Shown here piece by piece: positions 51,526 through 64,000 of a DNA stretch of 64,000 bases. Position 1 is the stretch's first letter; each line of letters opens with the position of its first letter. The translations under genes were made by a program, and so were the position numbers. Where the stretch lies: NCBI RefSeq assembly GCF_044704955.1, contig NC_091999.1, positions 9,796,001-9,860,000 on the forward strand, read 5' to 3'. The notes under the pieces are model-generated. The model ran no database searches. It saw only the letters and a list, made by a program, of their open reading frames with translations, and had not been told where the DNA came from. The DNA is from Pristiophorus japonicus. Lineage: Eukaryota.

Positions 51526-54004
51526 GGCCGCTGCCGAGCCCGAACCTGTCAGTCCCTGTAAAAGTCCAATCCAGGACCAGAATAGAACGCGTCTGTGGCT
51601 CCTAATGGTTCCACGTCAGTTCTTGCATTCATTGCTTCAATGACGCAGTATGCAATTCACCGCCACATATTGAAATGAGATTCAAATGATGGCCCTAGGT
51701 CAATTGAGTCCCTTTGAGCCATAACATAAAGCAACTCCGGGTGGAGTCAGTCACTCAGTGGGAGTGTCTGATGTGAGGAAATCTTCAGCCTTGCTGAATT
51801 TTAGAGATTTATTTAATTGGCCCGAACCGGTCACGGTGACATTGAGTGATTCTTGGTTCTCTTCCAGCGTGTGACGGCTCAGCACAGCATTAACTTCATT
51901 TTCATTGTACATTTCGTGTTTACGCTCAACTATCCCCTATGTGCAAATTATTTACTCTGGTCGCTATTTCTAATGAAAGAGTGAACGCATTCCAATTGAA
52001 TCTGTTGGCGATTTAATTTAATCAGCTTTCAGATGAGATTTCCACTGAGCGACCAGAGGAAAGCGTCACCTTCTGTGTCCCCAGCAGGTTAATCAAACCT
52101 GCTCCGCGTCAACCATCTCAGTCTGAATAGTGAAACTGAGGAAAATCAGGTGAACATTTTTATCGATATTCAAGCACATACATTGTCTCTTGGTGATTAT
52201 ATATCACCGTGAGCAGATTCTCTGTGTTGTCAATTTCTCAGAGCCGAATATGAAAACGTTCCTCAAAAATCTTTTGAAGCCGTTAGATTATCATTTTATT
52301 GAGTCTATCAGGAGGCGCCATTTAGCTGAGCTTAAATGATCACATAGAAAGGATGGTTCGTGCCATGGGAAATATTCCTCACCCGCGTTTCAGTCCTCCA
52401 CCCAATCTTTTCTTCTCTCCCCAAACTCGCGCTCTCCCCCAGTCGCTCTCTCTCCCACAGTCTCTGTCTCTCTCTCTCTCTCCTCAGTCTCTCTCTACCC
52501 CCTATTATCTCTCTCTCTCCCCCAGTCTCTCTCTCTCCCCACTTTCTCTCTCCCCCACTCTCTCTCTCCCGCGTATCTCTCTATCCCCAGAGTCAGTCTC
52601 TATCTCCCTCCACGTCTCTCTTTTTAAAACGACCCTTAATCTGTCTCTCTCTCTCTCTCCCCCTCCCAGTCTCTCTCTCTCTCCCCAGTCTCTCTCTCGT
52701 TCCCCAGTCTCTGTCGCTCTCTCCCTCCCTGACTCTCACTGTCTCCCTAGTCTCTCAATACTTCCGATTTTTTCTCTCCCACAGACGGCCGCGAAAATGA
52801 TCGTGTGGATAACCACAGCGATATTTTAGCCAAAAGTCTACATTAGCAAAGCAATGTGGTCGACGATAGCACCGGCCTCCTCACGATACAGCCCACTTTT
52901 GGATTCGGGTTCGAGAAGTCTGCGCATGCGCGGGACGCTGAGGGGAAAGGGTGGGGTCGGTGTCTAGGGTGGCCGTGCGCATGCACAGCACGTCGGGGCG
53001 GTGACTTAGGGAGCGCATGCGCAGCAGATTGGACAAAACGGTTGCAAATAATCACTGCTAAAATTAAACATCGTCGTTCTCATTCAAATCCTCTCATTGT
53101 CACTTTGAGATAACATATTATTCGACTACAATGTTAGTTCCTCAGAAAGGAATATGGATCCCTTTCCCAAATATCTGCTGAAATCCTTAGATTAATGTCT
53201 ACCTGAAGCTCGCACTGTGCTGAAATAAATCACAAGGGGTGGTAACTGTTGGTTGTTGACATGGAATAAACTCTTCAACCGCGTTACGATCAATGAGTGT
53301 GTCCTCATTCCAGATTTTAAGATACAAGAGATATCTTTCGAACTTTATGAACCTACCATAAATTGACAGAATAAAACATCCTTTAATTAACTATCAGCAA
53401 CAATAACAATGGACTTGAGAAATGTCTGAATTTTCTGCCGAACTGTTCAAATATTTTTCTCTTCATATGTTCTCCCATTGGGTTGTATGTTTACAACAAC
53501 TCTGTTATCAAGTGCTGAAACTGTGACCTATCTTTAGGTAAAACTGAAATAATGTCAGAGGATTTCCCGAGAACCTCAACAGGTTAAATATTCGGGTTTG
53601 ATCCAATGTGTGGGATGAATTCACAAACACAGGCGGAATATGGGAAGCAGTGCCTGTCCCATTAATGGAACGAAGCATTCCCTGAACATCGATCAAATAT
53701 TTAAGGGGAAATTGCTGATCAGAAGCAGAAAGGACATTTTAACCCGTCGGTTCGTTCTGTGATCGATCTTTCGGGCCGATTGGCATCTGCAGTTTGCTTT
53801 CCCAGCCGCTTCTGGAAACAATTGGCTGATAGTTTGATCTGAGGTTAATTTGGTTTCCGCTGTGTGAGTTTGAGCGCCTGACAGCGCGCTGCTCATTGTG
53901 TCTGCATCAGCCCGCGATTCCATACAATCCCAAAAGAGAGGCGCTCCGACTTACAGTCCAATGGAAGTTTTTGCACAGAGGTGAGACTGGTCTCCATCAC
54001 TGTC

Positions 54005-54170
54005 GGCCAGATAGAGCGCAGTAATACACGACAGCATCAGCGAGCTGCAGCCTGGCGATGGTTAAACTCGTGAAGTTAGTTGAGATCTGGAGCTCTGCAG
54101 AGAAATGCATTCCGAAAACTTCTCCTTTCTCTTCCTGTGTGTCCGAGGACTCTCTCCTCACAAGAAACTG
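54005..54170 (-). pseudogene. 5'-truncated TCR V relic B8 (CDR2-FR3 only)
   Basis: FSAELQ..SLTI..LQLADAVVYYCALS. Heptamer GACAGTG (53998-54004), nonamer GCAAAAACT. Upstream ~1.6 kb deleted. Confidence 0.88.
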
Positions 54171-54763
54171 CGGCCACTAAATCAGTCTAAATCAGCGAAG
54201 CAATGTGTTCGACAGTAGCACCGGCCTCCTCATGATACAGCCCACTTCTGGTTTCGGGTCAGAAGATCCTGCTAATGCGCGGGACGGTGTGTGTGTGTGT
54301 GTGTGTGTGCGTGTGTGTGGGAGGGGGTGCGGAGGGTTGGGGGGGTGGGGGTGTTGGTGTCCATGGCGGCCGTGCGCATGCGCAGCAGGTCGGTAAAACC
54401 GTTTCAAAGAATCACTCCGATAAATTAATTATCGTCATTCATGTTCAAAATCTCCCGTTTCACTTTGCGATAAAATATAACCTCCATCATTCGACGATGT
54501 TGGTAGTTCCTTGGAAAGGGATATGGATCCCTTCCCCAAATATCTGCTGAAATCCTTAGATTAATGTCTATCTGAAGCTAAAACTGTGCTGAAATTAAAC
54601 ACATCTGGTGGTAAGTGATGGTCGGTGACATGGAAGAAACTCCTCAACCGGGTTACATTCCATGAGTGTGTCGTTCATTATAGATTTTAATATACCAGAG
54701 ATATCTTTCGAATGATAGCTGTATAAAACTACAATAATTTATATTGCAGTTGCTTGAAGATTT

Positions 54764-56012
54764 GCAGCATGAGGAAATAATTGATCAACGGGATTTGTTG
54801 AGGAACGTTCGTGTCTGACTAACTTGATTGAGTTCTCTGAGCAGGTAACAAGGAGGGTCGATTACGGCAGTGTGTTTGTTGTAGTTTACAAGGCGTTTGC
54901 CAAACTCCCGCCTATTAGGCTGATCAAAAATGTAAAAGCCCAAGGGGTCCAAGGCATAATTACAAATTGGTTCCAAATTTGACTCGGGGCCATGTAGCAA
55001 AGGGATCTTTTTGTTACTGTAAGGCTGCTTCCAGTGGGGTTCCACAGGGCTCAGGATGCAGGCATTTACTTTTTGTATTATATATTAATGGTTTAGACTT
55101 AACTGCAGGGGGCATGACAAGGAAACTTGCAGATGATACAACAAATGACTGTATGTCTGACAGTAAGGATGAAAGCCCAAGACTGCAGGAAATATCGATG
55201 AACTGGTCAGTTGGACGGAAAATTATCAAATGGAATTCAAACCAGAAACTTGTGAAGTAATGCATTTGGGGAGGAGCAACAATTCCAGGGAATATATAAT
55301 AAATGGAATTGTGAAGGTGACCTTGGAGAAAAATTCCACATATCCTTAAAGGTAGCAGGGCAAGTCGACAAGCTAGTTAAAAGTCATACAGAATTCTGTC
55401 CTTTACTGGCCGAGGCATAGAAGACTTTATGTGCAAGAACTTTATACAACATTACTTAGGCCACAGTTTGCATATTGCGTGCAGTTCTGGTCATTACAAT
55501 ACAGGAAGAATGTGATTGCACTAGAAAGGGTGCAGAGGAGATTACGAGGATTTTGGCTGAACTGGAAAGTATTATGAGGAAAGTATTTATAGGCTGGGCT
55601 TCTTTTCCTTGGAACAGAGGAGGCTGAGGGGAGATTTACTTTAGGAATGTACAATAATGAGCGGCCTAGTTAAAGTGGATAGAAAGGAACTGTTTCCCGA
55701 GCATGCAGTCAAAAACCACGGCGAAAATAATTCAATTATTTGGAAGAAGGATTAGAGGGGAGATGAGGACCAAAATTCTTCACCCAGAGACTGTTGGGAG
55801 TTGGAACTCACTGCCTGAAATTGTCGTAGAGGCAGAAACCCTCATCATATTTTAAATATACTTTGATGTGCACTTAAAGAGCCACAACCTACAGGGCTAC
55901 GGACTTAGTGCTGGAAAGTAGATTTAGGCTGGGTAATTTTTTTTTCGACCGACACATACACGATGGGCCGAATGGCCTACTTCTGTGTCGTAATTTTCTA
56001 TGAATCTATGAA
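54764..56012 (+). mobile_element. Decayed CR1 3' fragment (cassette copy)
   Basis: SSGVPQGS..LFVLYINGLD..KLADDT. Confidence 0.85.
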
Positions 56013-56791
56013 GCGTATTCGGGAGAGAATGTGATGAGGAATAGCTGCCAAAACAAAAATAATAGCGGGAGGAGTGGATCTTTTTGAATCTCAACAACAG
56101 GAACACAGAACAAACAGGTTTTAAATGTTGATAGAGTTACTTAAATCAGGAAAAGCAATGGGCCGAGTCCCACGGGAGCAGTAAGAAATTCGTGACCACA
56201 GCGTCCTCACACGGGTGTAATGAGAACATTTACAATATTCGGATATCGGATGAATGGTAACCACTATAACTGTATCTAGAGGCAGCTTGCAGTTCAAATT
56301 CATGGGCAGATGTTGTGGTGATGCTGATGCCAAATGTCGAGCATTGTACATCAACACTTACAGGAGCATGAACATTAATCAGATTAATTGGAACGTGGAA
56401 ATTCAGAGATCCGCTTGCAGATTTGACCCATTCTGATCGACACAATAAATAACCAACGACAATGCTCATTCACAACAATTGACTTTCATTCCCTTTCAGG
56501 TTGACAGGGGCCGGCTAGCCGTGATCGTTATACACACACTGCAGACAGTCAATATGTACTGTTCTCCAGGTGTTCCCGGTGTCAAGTGAGTCATTTCTCT
56601 CCGGAAGAACCTTGATGTAAACTGCTCCCCCTACTCAGCGAGAACAAGTAAGAACTGAGAAGCAGCTGCCCATATGCCTGTCAGTCATCATCCTTGTTAC
56701 TTCGACAATGGACTCTTACTCATCTACCTGTATGTATTAGAATGAAGAGTTTAGGGTCGAATCAGCCTGTACCAGGAGACTGCCTGTACCA

Positions 56792-57218
56792 GGCGTCAGC
56801 CACAGCTGAGTTAAAAGCACTCTCGCCGTTGAATCCGAAGGTTGTGAGTTCAATTCGCACTCTGGAGATTTGAGCATAAAATCTAGCCCACATTCCCCAT
56901 GTGAGTACTGAGGGAGTGACGCAATGTCAGGGGCGCCATCTTTCAGGTGAAAGCAAGGCCCTGTCTGCCTTCTCAGGAAGACAGAATATATCTTCACGGT
57001 GTCCTGGTCAATATTTATTTCTCAATCAACATCACTAACACATGTTAACTGGTCATTATGACGTCACTGTTTGCGGGACCCTGCTGGGTGTAGACTGGCT
57101 GCTGCATTTCCTACATAGATTACATGAGTGATGACACTTCAAAATTACTTAACTGGCTGTTAGTTACTTAGGGACATCATGAAAGGTGCTCTGTCAGTAA
57201 TATTTCTCTTTCTTTACT
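56792..57218 (+). mobile_element. SacSINE1/DeuSINE-like SINE
   Basis: Paralog of 42057-42480. Confidence 0.8.
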
Positions 57219-57409
57219 CGTGAAACTGCATTTGTATTTTTTAATTATATATTTATTATTAATAAACGTAAATACGTGTGAGAATTAAAAGTACACGATA
57301 TCACTCAATGCCAACTCAGAATCGCCCAGATCACAATGTCCGCATGATGCACTGATATATTGAGCGACACTCTGACAGCTTATGTCCCGTCCAACCCCGT
57401 TCCGTGTCT

Positions 57410-57800
57410 CTTTGGGAGACTCTTCTGCGGGAGAGTTCGGCTCGAATCATTGAGCTTCGCTAAAAAAGCGTCCCCTGGAAATCTCCCTCCCTTATCGCTG
57501 TATCTGCTTCTTTGCAGCAGATGTTCCATGGAGCCGTTGGAATACTGCCGGTACCTGTATAGGTGAACAATATCTCCACTTGTCGCTGCATAATTACAGT
57601 GCAACTTAACATCGTCTCCTTCACTTACTGTGGTTACAGCCAGTGTCCGTGAACCGGAATCTCCTCAACAATTCAAAGCAAGAGTCCAGAGCGGTATTAA
57701 ACTAAAGAATGTCACTTCACTGTGTCTATCCCCCAGATTCAGACAGACGTGCTCAATAATAACCTGAGAAGTAAATCAGGGCAGATAAAGAGAAATACAT
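57410..57800 (-). pseudogene. TCR V pseudogene, family A copy 7
   Basis: Leader MYFSLSALIYFS-G (57764-57800). Early TGA, Trp41->Arg, and a 3' deletion removing Cys104 and most of the heptamer. Confidence 0.86.
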
Positions 57801-58486
57801 TTCCCCAGAGCTCTGAGGCTGGAGGGGGAGGGTTTTCCGATTGGCGTAATAAAACCTCTTTAATTAACTATCAGGAAGGATAGTGATAGACTTGAGAAAT
57901 CTATTTTCTCCACACGTCTGTCGAAATGTTCAACCATTTTTCTTTTCATGTGCTCTCCCATTGGATTGTCTGTTTCCAACACCATTATTATCAAGTTCGG
58001 AAACTGGTTTATCTTTCGGAGAAAAGGAAATAACGTGTCAGAAGATTTCTCGAGAACCTCAACACCTGAAATATTCGGTTTTGATGGAATGCGCGGGATG
58101 GATTCACAAACACAGGCAGAATATGGGATGCATTTCCTGCCCATTAACGGAGCGACCTTCCTTGAACATGGATCCATGACTTTAAGGGGAAACAGCTGAT
58201 CAAAAGCAGAAAGGACAGTTTTTTCCGCCGGGTTATTCTATGATCGATCTTGCGGAACTATTGGCTTCTGCAGTTGTTTTTCCGGCCGCTCCTGGAAACG
58301 GTTGGGCGACAGTTTGATCCGAGGTTAACTTGGTTTCCTCTCGGTGTGTGTTTGATGGCCTGATGGCGCGCTGCACATAATGGCTGCATATGCCCGCGAT
58401 TCCACATAACCCCAACAGACAGGAGATCCGACCTACAGTCCAATGGCACTCTATCTACCGGGGCGAGACTGCTTTCAATCACTGAG

Positions 58487-58943
58487 TCAGATAGAGCGCA
58501 GTAATACACGGCTGCTTCAGCCAACTGCAGCCCGGCGATGGTTAAATCGTGAATTTAGTCGAGGTGTGGAGTTCTGCAGAGAAACATGTTCCGAAACCTT
58601 CTCCTTTCTCTTTTTGTATACCCCAAGGCCATCTCCACAGAACAAATCGGGCGTCTTCTTTGCTTTTTGCCGGTACCAATATAATGAATATTCATCGCCT
58701 AAGGTACTATAGGTACATTTTATAGTCACCGCTTCACCTTCTCTCCTGCTTTCTGAAGACTGGGACTGAGTAACAGAATCTCCGACACTCTGACCTGTAA
58801 CATGTGTAGAGAAACAAGATAAGACCGATTATTAAATTTGTCGGAGAAATGATATTAATATTTTAGTTTCAACAAAGCATTATTGAATCATCCTTACCGA
58901 CAATAAAGACCCCAAACACAACCCAAGCGCTGAATATTCCCAT
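58487..58943 (-). pseudogene. TCR V pseudogene B9
   Basis: Leader 58898-58943, V exon 58487-58794. 1-nt deletion in FR2 (~58647). Heptamer CTCAGTG and a decayed nonamer. Confidence 0.9.
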
Positions 58944-60514
58944 GATCGTTGCGGAACCCGAATCTGTCGGTCCCTTTAAAAGCCCAATCCAGGACCAGAC
59001 GACACCCCATCAGTAGGTCCTAATGGTTCAACGTCACTTCCTGCACTCAATACTCCAATGACGCAATATTCATTTCACCCGCCACATATTGAAATGAGAT
59101 TCAAATGATGTTCCTGGCTCAGTTGAATCCCTTTGAGCCACAGCAGAAAGCAACTCAGGGTGGAGTCAGTCACTCAGTGGGAGTGTCTGGTGTGAGGAAA
59201 GCTTCAGCTTTGCTGAGGTTTAGAGATTTATTTAATGGCCCGAACCGGTCAGACTGAGTGATTGTTGGTTTTCTGCCGGCGGGTGACGCCTCAGCACAGC
59301 ATTAACTTCATTCACATTGTAAATTTCGTGCATAGACACAACTATCCGCTGCGTGCAATACATAGACACATAGTTTCTATGTTTCTATGATATTATACAT
59401 TTATTCTGGTCGCTATTGCTAACGAAAGAATGAACGCATTCTAAATGAGAAAGCTGGTCTGTGAGACCAGAGGAAAGCTTCCCTTGTGTGTCCCCTGCAG
59501 CAGGTTAACCAAATCCCACGCACGTCAAGCATCTCAGTCCGATTAGGGAAAGTAAGTGAAATCAACTGAACAGCTTTATCGATGTTGAAACATATACATT
59601 GTCACTTCGAGATAATATATCACCGTCAGCAGATTACTTTGTTTTCAGTTTCGCAGGGTGCATTTGAGAACTTGCCTCATCTATCTTCTGATGCAGTTAG
59701 ATTATCATTTTGCTGAATCTAACAGGAGCCGCCATTCCACTGTGCTGAAATGATCACATGGGAAGGATGGTTCTTTCCATGGGAGAAAGTCCTCCCACGT
59801 GTTTCGGTCCTCTCCCTCAAACTCTCTCTTTCCCCCCAATCTCGCTCTCCCTACTCAGTCTCTCTCCCTCTCCGCTGTCTCTTTCTCTACTCACACGCTC
59901 TCTCTTTCCCCAGTCTCTTTCTCTCTCCACTCTCGTCTCACTCTGTCACCCCCAAGTCTCTCTCCCTCTATCGCCAGTCTCTCTCTCTCTCCCCTAATCT
60001 CTCTCGTCTCCTATCTCTCTCTCTCTGCCTCCCATTCTCTCTCTCTGCTGTCCTTCTTCTCCCCAGTCTCTCTCTCTCCCGAGTATCTCTCTCTCTCTCC
60101 CTCCCCATCTCTCTTCTTATACCTTCCCCAATCTGTCTCTTTCTCCCCCCGCTCACTCACCCCCTGTCGCTCAAATCCGCCGATTTTTCTCTCTCCCACA
60201 GAAGCCCACGAAAATGTTCGTGTAGATAATCACAGCGATATTTTAGACAAAAGTCTAAAGTAGCGAAGCACCGTGGTCGACAGCAGCACCGGGCACCTCA
60301 CGATACAGCACACGTCTGCTGTCGGGTTCGAGGAATCTTCGCATGTGCGGGAACGAACCACAGCAGAAATAACGTGGCATATTAATACAAGCGGGTCCTG
60401 AGGAATTTGACCAAAATGATACGTTAAATTAGACAACCGCCAACTATTATATGCATGAAATTGTTGGAGACTGACAGGTTTGAGTGGCTGTGAACACCGA
60501 TTGGACTCAGTGGT

Positions 60515-61292
60515 ACATAGAAACATAGAAACATAGAAATTAGGTGCAGGAGCAGGCTATTCAGCCTTCGAGCCTGCACCGCCATTCAATATGATCATGG
60601 CTGATCATTCGACCTCAGTTCCCATTTCCTGCTTTCTGTCCATACCCCTTGATCCCTTTGGCTGTAAGGGCCATATCTAACTCCGTTTTGAATATATCAA
60701 ACGAACTAGCCTCAACAACTTTCTGCAGTAGGGAATTCTACAGGTGAACCACTCCCTGAGTGTAGAGGTTTATCCTCATCTCGGTTTAAATGGCTTACCC
60801 CTTATTCATAGACTGTGACCAATGGTTCTGGATCTCCCCAGCAACGGGAACATTCTTTCTGCCTCGAACATGTCCAATCCCGTCAGAATTTTATACATTT
60901 CTATGAGATCCCCTCTCATTCTTCTAAACTCCAGTGGATACCAACCCAGTTGATCCAGTCTCTCCTCATATGTCAGTTCTGCCATCCCTGGAATCAACCT
61001 GGTGAACTTTCGCTGTAACTCCTCAATAGCAAGAACGTCCTTCCTCAGATTAGGAGAGCAAAACTGAACACAATATTCCAGGTGTGACCTCACCAAGGGT
61101 TCTGTACAACTGTAGTAAGACTCCCTGCTCTTATACTCAAATCCTCTCGCTACGAAAGCCAACATACCATTTGCCTTCTTCGCCGCCTGCTGTACCTGCA
61201 TGCCAAACTTCAATGACTGATATACCATGACACCCAGGTCTTGATGCACCTCCCCTTTACCTAATCTGTTACCATTCAGATAATATTCAGCC
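60515..61292 (-). mobile_element. Young 5'-truncated CR1 insertion
   Basis: (CATAGAAA)x3 tail; ORF 60806-61324 is the RT C-terminus; absent from the paralogous site at ~45825. Confidence 0.92.
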
Positions 61293-61344
61293 AGTAGCGC
61301 GCTGCTCATTACAAATATGTACAATAAACATAACTCACAATACC

Positions 61345-62030
61345 GATCTTTTATCGAATCTCAGATGTGGCCGTCGCCAGGAAGGCCAGATTTAATTGGC
61401 CATATCTAATTTCCTTTGAGGTGAGGAGGTGGTGGTCTTATTTTACCGGGGTTGACGGTATACCCGCAGTGCTATGATTTTGACCCAGCAACGATGATGT
61501 CGAATGGTGTTGTGCTTCTTCAGTGTTGTCGCAGATGCAGTCATCCAAGCAAATAGAGAATTTGTGCATTGTGCATTGAAGATGTTGCAAAGCCTTTTAG
61601 GGGTCAGGAGTCAAGGCACTCACGGCAGAATACCTAGCCTCTGACCCGCTCTTGTTGCCTCAGTATGTCAACGGATGGTCCAGTTAAGTTGCAAGTCAAA
61701 CATGAACCCCAGGATGTTGACGGCTGAGGATTGTGTGATGTTAGTGTCATTGAATGTCAAGGGGGATATCATTAGATTCTCGCTTTTTGGATATAGACAT
61801 TGCCTGGCACTTGTGTGGCACGAATGTTACTTGCCGCTTATCAGCCGAAACCTAACTGTCTTAAAGGTCCTGCTGCATGCATGCATGGAGTGCTTCATTT
61901 CAGAGCAGTTGCGCATAAAACGGAACACTGTGCAATCATAAGCGAACATCCCCAATTCTGTGCTTATGATGGCGGGAAGTTCAATGATGAAGCAGCTGCA
62001 GATGGTTGGACCTTGAACTTTGCCCTGTAG
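61345..62030 (-). mobile_element. Decayed non-LTR retrotransposon fragment (second family)
   Basis: QGPTICSCFIIELPAIISTELGMFAYDC RT motifs. Confidence 0.75.
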
Positions 62031-64000
62031 ACTCATCGAATCATCGAATCATAGAATGGTTTCAGCATGGAAGAGGGAAATTCGGCCCGTCCAACTCGTG
62101 AGGACTCTCAGCTAGTACCTCACCCCTGCCCTTCCACCGTAACCCTGCATTCTTTAACCTTCAGGTACTAATCCAACTCCGTTTTGAAAGATAACATTGA
62201 GTCTGCCATCATCATCCTTTCAGGCCATGCTTCCCTGATGGTAACCACCCGTGGTTTAAAACAGGTTTTTTCTTACATCGCCTTTGGTTCTGTCGCCAAA
62301 CACGTTTAATCTGTGTGCTCTGGTTTTCGAAACTTCTGTCAATGGAAAAAATATCGTTCTATCTACCCTGTCCAGAACGCTCATGATTTTGAATTAAAAT
62401 CTCCCATCAATCATCTCTGCTCCAATGAGAACAACCGCAGCTTCTCCAGTCTATCAACGTCACTGAAGTCGCTCATTCTTGGAATCATTTTACTCAATCT
62501 CTTCTGCACATTCTTTAAGGTGTTCATAGCCTTCCCAAATGTGGGTCCCGACATTAGATATAAACTACAATTGGGACAGAACCAGTGTTTTATACAGGCT
62601 CATTATAGGTTGCACACTTTTGTACTCTATACCTCTATTTATAAAGACAACGATCACGTCAGCCATTTTGAACTGCTTTCTTAACCCGCTCTGCCATCTT
62701 CAACGATTTATGCACACATACCCCCAGGGCTCTCTGCTCGTGCACCTACTTTAGGATTGTACCATTTAGTTTATATGTGTTCTCCTCATTCTTTCTACCA
62801 AAATGCATCGGTTAACATTTGCTGCGTTAAATTTCATTTCCCACGTGTCCGCCCATTTTACCAGCCTGTCTATGTCTTCCTGAATCTATCACTCTCCACC
62901 TCAATTTACACTATACTTCCATGTTTTGTGTCAGCGAGAAATGTAGAAATTGTGCCCTGTACCGCCACGTCCACGACCAATAATATATATCAAGAAAAGC
63001 AGTGGGCATAGTACCGACCCTATCGAGAACATCACGGTATATCTTTCTCTAGTCCGAAAAACAACCGTTTAATACTACGCAGTTTCCTGTCATTTAGCCA
63101 ATTTCGAATACCAGCTGCCATGGTCCCTTTTATTCCATGGGATTTACTTTGCTACCAAGCCTATTATGGGGCATTTTGTCGAGTGCCTTTTTGAAATTCA
63201 TGTGCACTACGTCAATCACTTTACCCTCATCAACCCTGTCCATTACCTCATCAAAAATTCGATTAAGATGGTTAAACAGGATTTGCCTTTAACAAGGCTC
63301 CACTGGATTTCCTCAATTAATCGACACGTATCCAAGTGTCTGTTAATTTTATCCCTGATTACTGTTTCTAAAAGTTTCTCCACTACCGAGGGTAAAGTGA
63401 CTGGCCTATAGTTGCTGTGTTTCTCTTACTCCCTTTTTTGAACAATGGAGTAACATTTGCAATTCTCCAATCCTCTGGAACCACCACCCCCGTATCCATG
63501 GAGGATTGTAATCTTATGGCCAGTAATTATGCGATTACCGCCCTCAATTTCCTCAGGCTCCTAGGATGCATCCCATCCGCTCCTGGTGATTTATCTTCTT
63601 TAAGTACAGCCAGCCTTTTTAATAGGCTTCTTTTTCAATTTTTATCCCATCACGTGTCTCCATTACCTCCTCCTTCACTATGTCTATGGCAGCATCCTAT
63701 TCCTTGTCGAAAAGATGTGCAAAGTGCTCATTTCCCCTCATCAGCCTAATGCTCTGGCTCGATGCAAAAGTCTCCTTTTTGGACTCGAACCGGCCCCACC
63801 CCTCCTCCTACTGACCTTTTATTATTTATATGCGTAAGGAAGACTTTTGGATTCGTGTTTATGTTGGTTGCCAATCTATTATCACACACTCTGTTTGCCC
63901 CTCTTATTTTCATTTTTGTTTTTCCTCTGACCTTTCTGTATAGATCCTGATTCTCAGATACTTTTGCAACCTGACATCTGTCATCTGCGTGTTTTTACTA
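62031..64000 (-). mobile_element. Old decayed CR1 LINE, runs off the window
   Basis: Paralog of 46570-48430; ATCATAGAAT-type tail. Confidence 0.85.

Larger units (their letters stand above)
54185..64000. repeat. Segmental duplicate of ~39420-48430 (offset ~14.7 kb)
   Basis: Same order of GT repeat, CR1 fragment, SINE (42057 vs 56792), A pseudogene, B gene (ATG 44250 vs 58943), CT tract, second LINE and old CR1. Confidence 0.88.

Noticed and set aside
1-64000. NAR-TCR V, leaderless supporting V-delta, IgH-like (TAILV) V, or D/J/C segments
   Set aside because: No such motifs or 12-RSS-flanked J/D segments were recognised. Both V families have their own leader exons (or remnants).

Overview
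Eukaryotic DNA from a cartilaginous fish (inferred from shark-type CR1 LINEs and a SacSINE1/DeuSINE-like SINE). The window is part of the germline V-segment array of a T-cell receptor alpha/delta-type locus, and all V genes lie on the minus strand. Two V families alternate. Family B (9 copies) has a 46-nt leader exon, a ~103-nt intron, a ~310-nt V exon and a 23-spacer RSS: five copies look intact, one has a Trp41->Cys substitution and three are pseudogenes. Family A (8 copies) is entirely pseudogenic. The genes sit in a ~6.1-kb tandem cassette (about six copies, ~9.8-45.6 kb) containing a CT-rich tract, a (GT)n repeat, a CR1 fragment, an unexplained conserved block, a SINE, an A pseudogene and a B gene. 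A further ~10-kb segment is duplicated at ~14.7-kb offset. The left end carries young CR1 insertions: one splits a V gene and one near-full-length element is nested in an older CR1. No D, J, C, NAR-TCR or IgH-type V segments were recognised. The most notable observations are two candidate CTCF motifs per cassette, a possible decayed inverted Ig-like exon in each cassette, CDR2-focused divergence with mosaicism among B copies, and a templated inverted insertion. All coordinates were counted by hand and no database searches were run; I found no clear evidence of a wholly new system.
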